This document shows positions 30,502-32,000 of a DNA stretch of 32,000 nt, piece by piece. The first letter of the stretch is position 1; every line of letters starts with the position of its first letter. The position numbers and the translations under genes are program-made. This DNA is from Candidatus Saccharimonadota bacterium (GTDB taxonomy: Archaea; Nanobdellota; Nanobdellia; Pacearchaeales; GW2011-AR1): positions 180,001-212,000 of the forward strand of contig JBAZYG010000001.1 in NCBI GenBank assembly GCA_041659445.1, given 5' to 3'. A model generated the notes under the pieces. It had not been told where the DNA came from, did not search any database, and saw only the letters and a program-made list of their open reading frames with translations.

Positions 30502-30648
30502 ATGGGATCAATAATCGCAAAGAACATTGTGAAAAGAAAGCCAGGTTACCTTTACTATGTAGATGGAAAAGGAAATGTTTGTGAAGCTAAAATGGCTAGA
30601 GGCGGAAAGAAGAAAAAGAAAACTGTAAAGAAAAAGAAAAAAAGATAA
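30502..30648 (+). CDS. Small lysine-rich basic protein (48 aa), absent from the ORF track
   Basis: MGSIIAKNIVKRKPGYLYYVDGKGNVCEAKMARGGKKKKKTVKKKKKR. It is preceded by aaaGGAGGttaaaaATG, the only strong Shine-Dalgarno-like site I saw in the window. Confidence 0.6.
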   Translation: MGSIIAKNIVKRKPGYLYYVDGKGNVCEAKMARGGKKKKKTVKKKKKR

Positions 30649-30705
30649 ATTTTCTTTAAACAGTTTATTATTTTTTTATTTTTAATTAATATTTTTTATT
30701 TTTTA

Positions 30706-30891
30706 TTAACCTTTATTTGAAATACAACCTTGTTTTTGAAAGCATCCTCCGCAATAAACTAATTCATCATCGTGATGACAAATTCTAATTCTTCCATTGT
30801 TATTTTTTATCAAGTTTAACCAAAAAGGATGAATTGTTTTTGGAATAAAATGTCTATATAATGTTTGTTGTATTTTTGAATAACTATTCAA
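30706..30891 (-). CDS. Possible small Cys/His-rich protein (61 aa)
   Basis: ATG ORF divergent from kae1 with a potential metal-binding cluster, CHHDDELVYCGGCFQKQGC. Support is weak: it is short and has no recognised family. Confidence 0.3.
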   Translation of the reverse strand: MNSYSKIQQTLYRHFIPKTIHPFWLNLIKNNNGRIRICHHDDELVYCGGCFQKQGCISNKG

Positions 30892-30924
30892 TAGATTTTT
30901 ATATTTATTTTATTTTATTTTTTT

Positions 30925-31914
30925 ATGTTAATCATCCTTGGAATTGAATCTACTGCACACACTTTTGGAATTGGAATTGTGAAAAATGGAAAAATTCTTT
31001 CAAATGTTCGAGATATGTATACCACTGAATCTGGAGGAATTATTCCAATAGATTCTGCAAAACACCATCGTGAATGTTGTGAAAATATTTATAAAAAGTC
31101 TTTAGAAGATGCAAAAATTTCAGAAAATAAAATTGATGCAATTGCTTTTTCCCAAGGTCCGGGTTTGGCTCCTTGTTTGTTGGAAGGAATTAAATTTGCA
31201 AAAAAAATTTCTAAAAAATTAAACAAACCATTAATTCCAGTTAATCATTGTGTTGCACATCTTGAAATTGGACGAGTTACAAATGCTAAAGACCCTGTTT
31301 TACTTTATGTTTCAGGAGCAAATACTCAAGTGATTGCTTATGCTGCTGGAAAATATCGTGTGTTTGGAGAAACGTTAGATATTGGTGTTGGAAATTTTAT
31401 TGATAATTTTGCTCGTTATGCAAACATTGGTTTTCCAGGTGGACCTAAAATAGAAAAACTTGCATTAGAAAGTAAAAATTATATTGAATTGCCGTATAAA
31501 GTAAAAGGAATGGATGTTGCATTGTCTGGGATTTTAACAAATCTTCATCAAAAATTAAAATCTGGAAATTATAAAATTGAAGATTTGTCTTATTCAATGC
31601 AAGAAACTGTTTTTGCAATGCTTGTTGAAACTGCAGAAAGAGCTTTGGCTCACGTCGGTAAAAAAGAATTGTTGCTTGGAGGAGGTGTTGCTTGTAATTC
31701 TAGATTGCAAGAAATGTGTAAAATAATGTGTGAACAAAGAGGATGTAAATTTTTTGTGCCAGAAAAATCTTTGCTTGTTGATAATGGTGCAATGATTGCG
31801 TATCTCGGAGAAATAATGTTTAAAAAAGGAATTAAATTTCTTGAAAAAGATTTTGATAAATTAGATATTCTTCCGAGACAACGTACAGATGATGTGATTG
31901 TGAATTGGAAATAA
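30925..31914 (+). CDS. kae1: Kae1, tRNA N6-adenosine threonylcarbamoyltransferase (KEOPS catalytic subunit), stand-alone (no Bud32 fusion)
   Basis: ILGIESTAHTFGIGIV, metal-binding VNHCVAHLE, LYVSGANTQV, GGGVACNSRLQEM and DNGAMIAY are Kae1/TsaD family signatures. The length of 329 aa is typical of the archaeal protein. Confidence 0.95.
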   Translation: MLIILGIESTAHTFGIGIVKNGKILSNVRDMYTTESGGIIPIDSAKHHRECCENIYKKSLEDAKISENKIDAIAFSQGPGLAPCLLEGIKFAKKISKKLNKPLIPVNHCVAHLEIGRVTNAKDPVLLYVSGANTQVIAYAAGKYRVFGETLDIGVGNFIDNFARYANIGFPGGPKIEKLALESKNYIELPYKVKGMDVALSGILTNLHQKLKSGNYKIEDLSYSMQETVFAMLVETAERALAHVGKKELLLGGGVACNSRLQEMCKIMCEQRGCKFFVPEKSLLVDNGAMIAYLGEIMFKKGIKFLEKDFDKLDILPRQRTDDVIVNWK

Positions 31915-31915
31915 T

Positions 31916-32000
31916 TTAATTTAAATCATATGGTGGGATTATTGGTTGGTCCAACCCCGCGATATATTCATCTTTTATCATTTTTTCAATATCCACTTCT
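31916..32000 (-). CDS. 3' end of a minus-strand ORF running off the window (partial)
   Basis: The reverse complement reads ...EVDIEKMIKDEYIAGLDQPIIPPYDLN-stop, with the stop at 31916-31918. Only 27 codons are visible, so coding status and function are uncertain. Confidence 0.3.
   Translation of the reverse strand, partial: EVDIEKMIKDEYIAGLDQPIIPPYDLN

Noticed and set aside
31921-31955. Possible tRNA 3' end on the minus strand (reverse complement ends ...AATCCCACCA)
   Set aside because: No T-arm (GTTCRAATC-like) or acceptor-stem pairing can be built. The region instead reads as the last 27 codons of a minus-strand ORF leaving the window.

Overview
This is very AT-rich DNA (roughly 30% G+C by eye) from an archaeon, most likely a small-genome DPANN-type lineage. 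The evidence is an archaeal-type ThrRS with the archaea-specific editing domain, Kae1, Elp3, a tRNA with a bulge-helix-bulge intron, and TATA-like boxes about 25-30 bp upstream of most ATGs with almost no Shine-Dalgarno sites. Housekeeping and small-enzyme genes fill 1-12.4 kb and 26-32 kb: thrS, a SAM methyltransferase, elp3, NUDIX, a patatin-like phospholipase, a circularly permuted GTPase, a GT2 glycosyltransferase, a YchF-type ATPase, DUF167, a 2H phosphoesterase, an HExxH peptidase, DUF192 and kae1. Two tRNA genes lie at 12.48-12.84 kb: tRNA-Glu(UUC), and an intron-containing tRNA-Ile with the unusual UAU anticodon, preceded by a perfect 24-nt copy of its own 5' end. The centre of the window (13,056-25,930) is a 12.9-kb island of seven same-strand genes, all encoding secreted or membrane-anchored proteins packed with N-glycosylation sequons. 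It holds a 1512-aa mosaic fibre/adhesin, a 1239-aa DUF2341/LamG/beta-helix protein, three paralogues sharing a novel C-terminal domain, and two C-terminally anchored beta-sandwich proteins. The paralogue module is my best candidate for an undescribed archaeal surface-filament or attachment system. I found no CRISPR array, transposase, integrase or rRNA.
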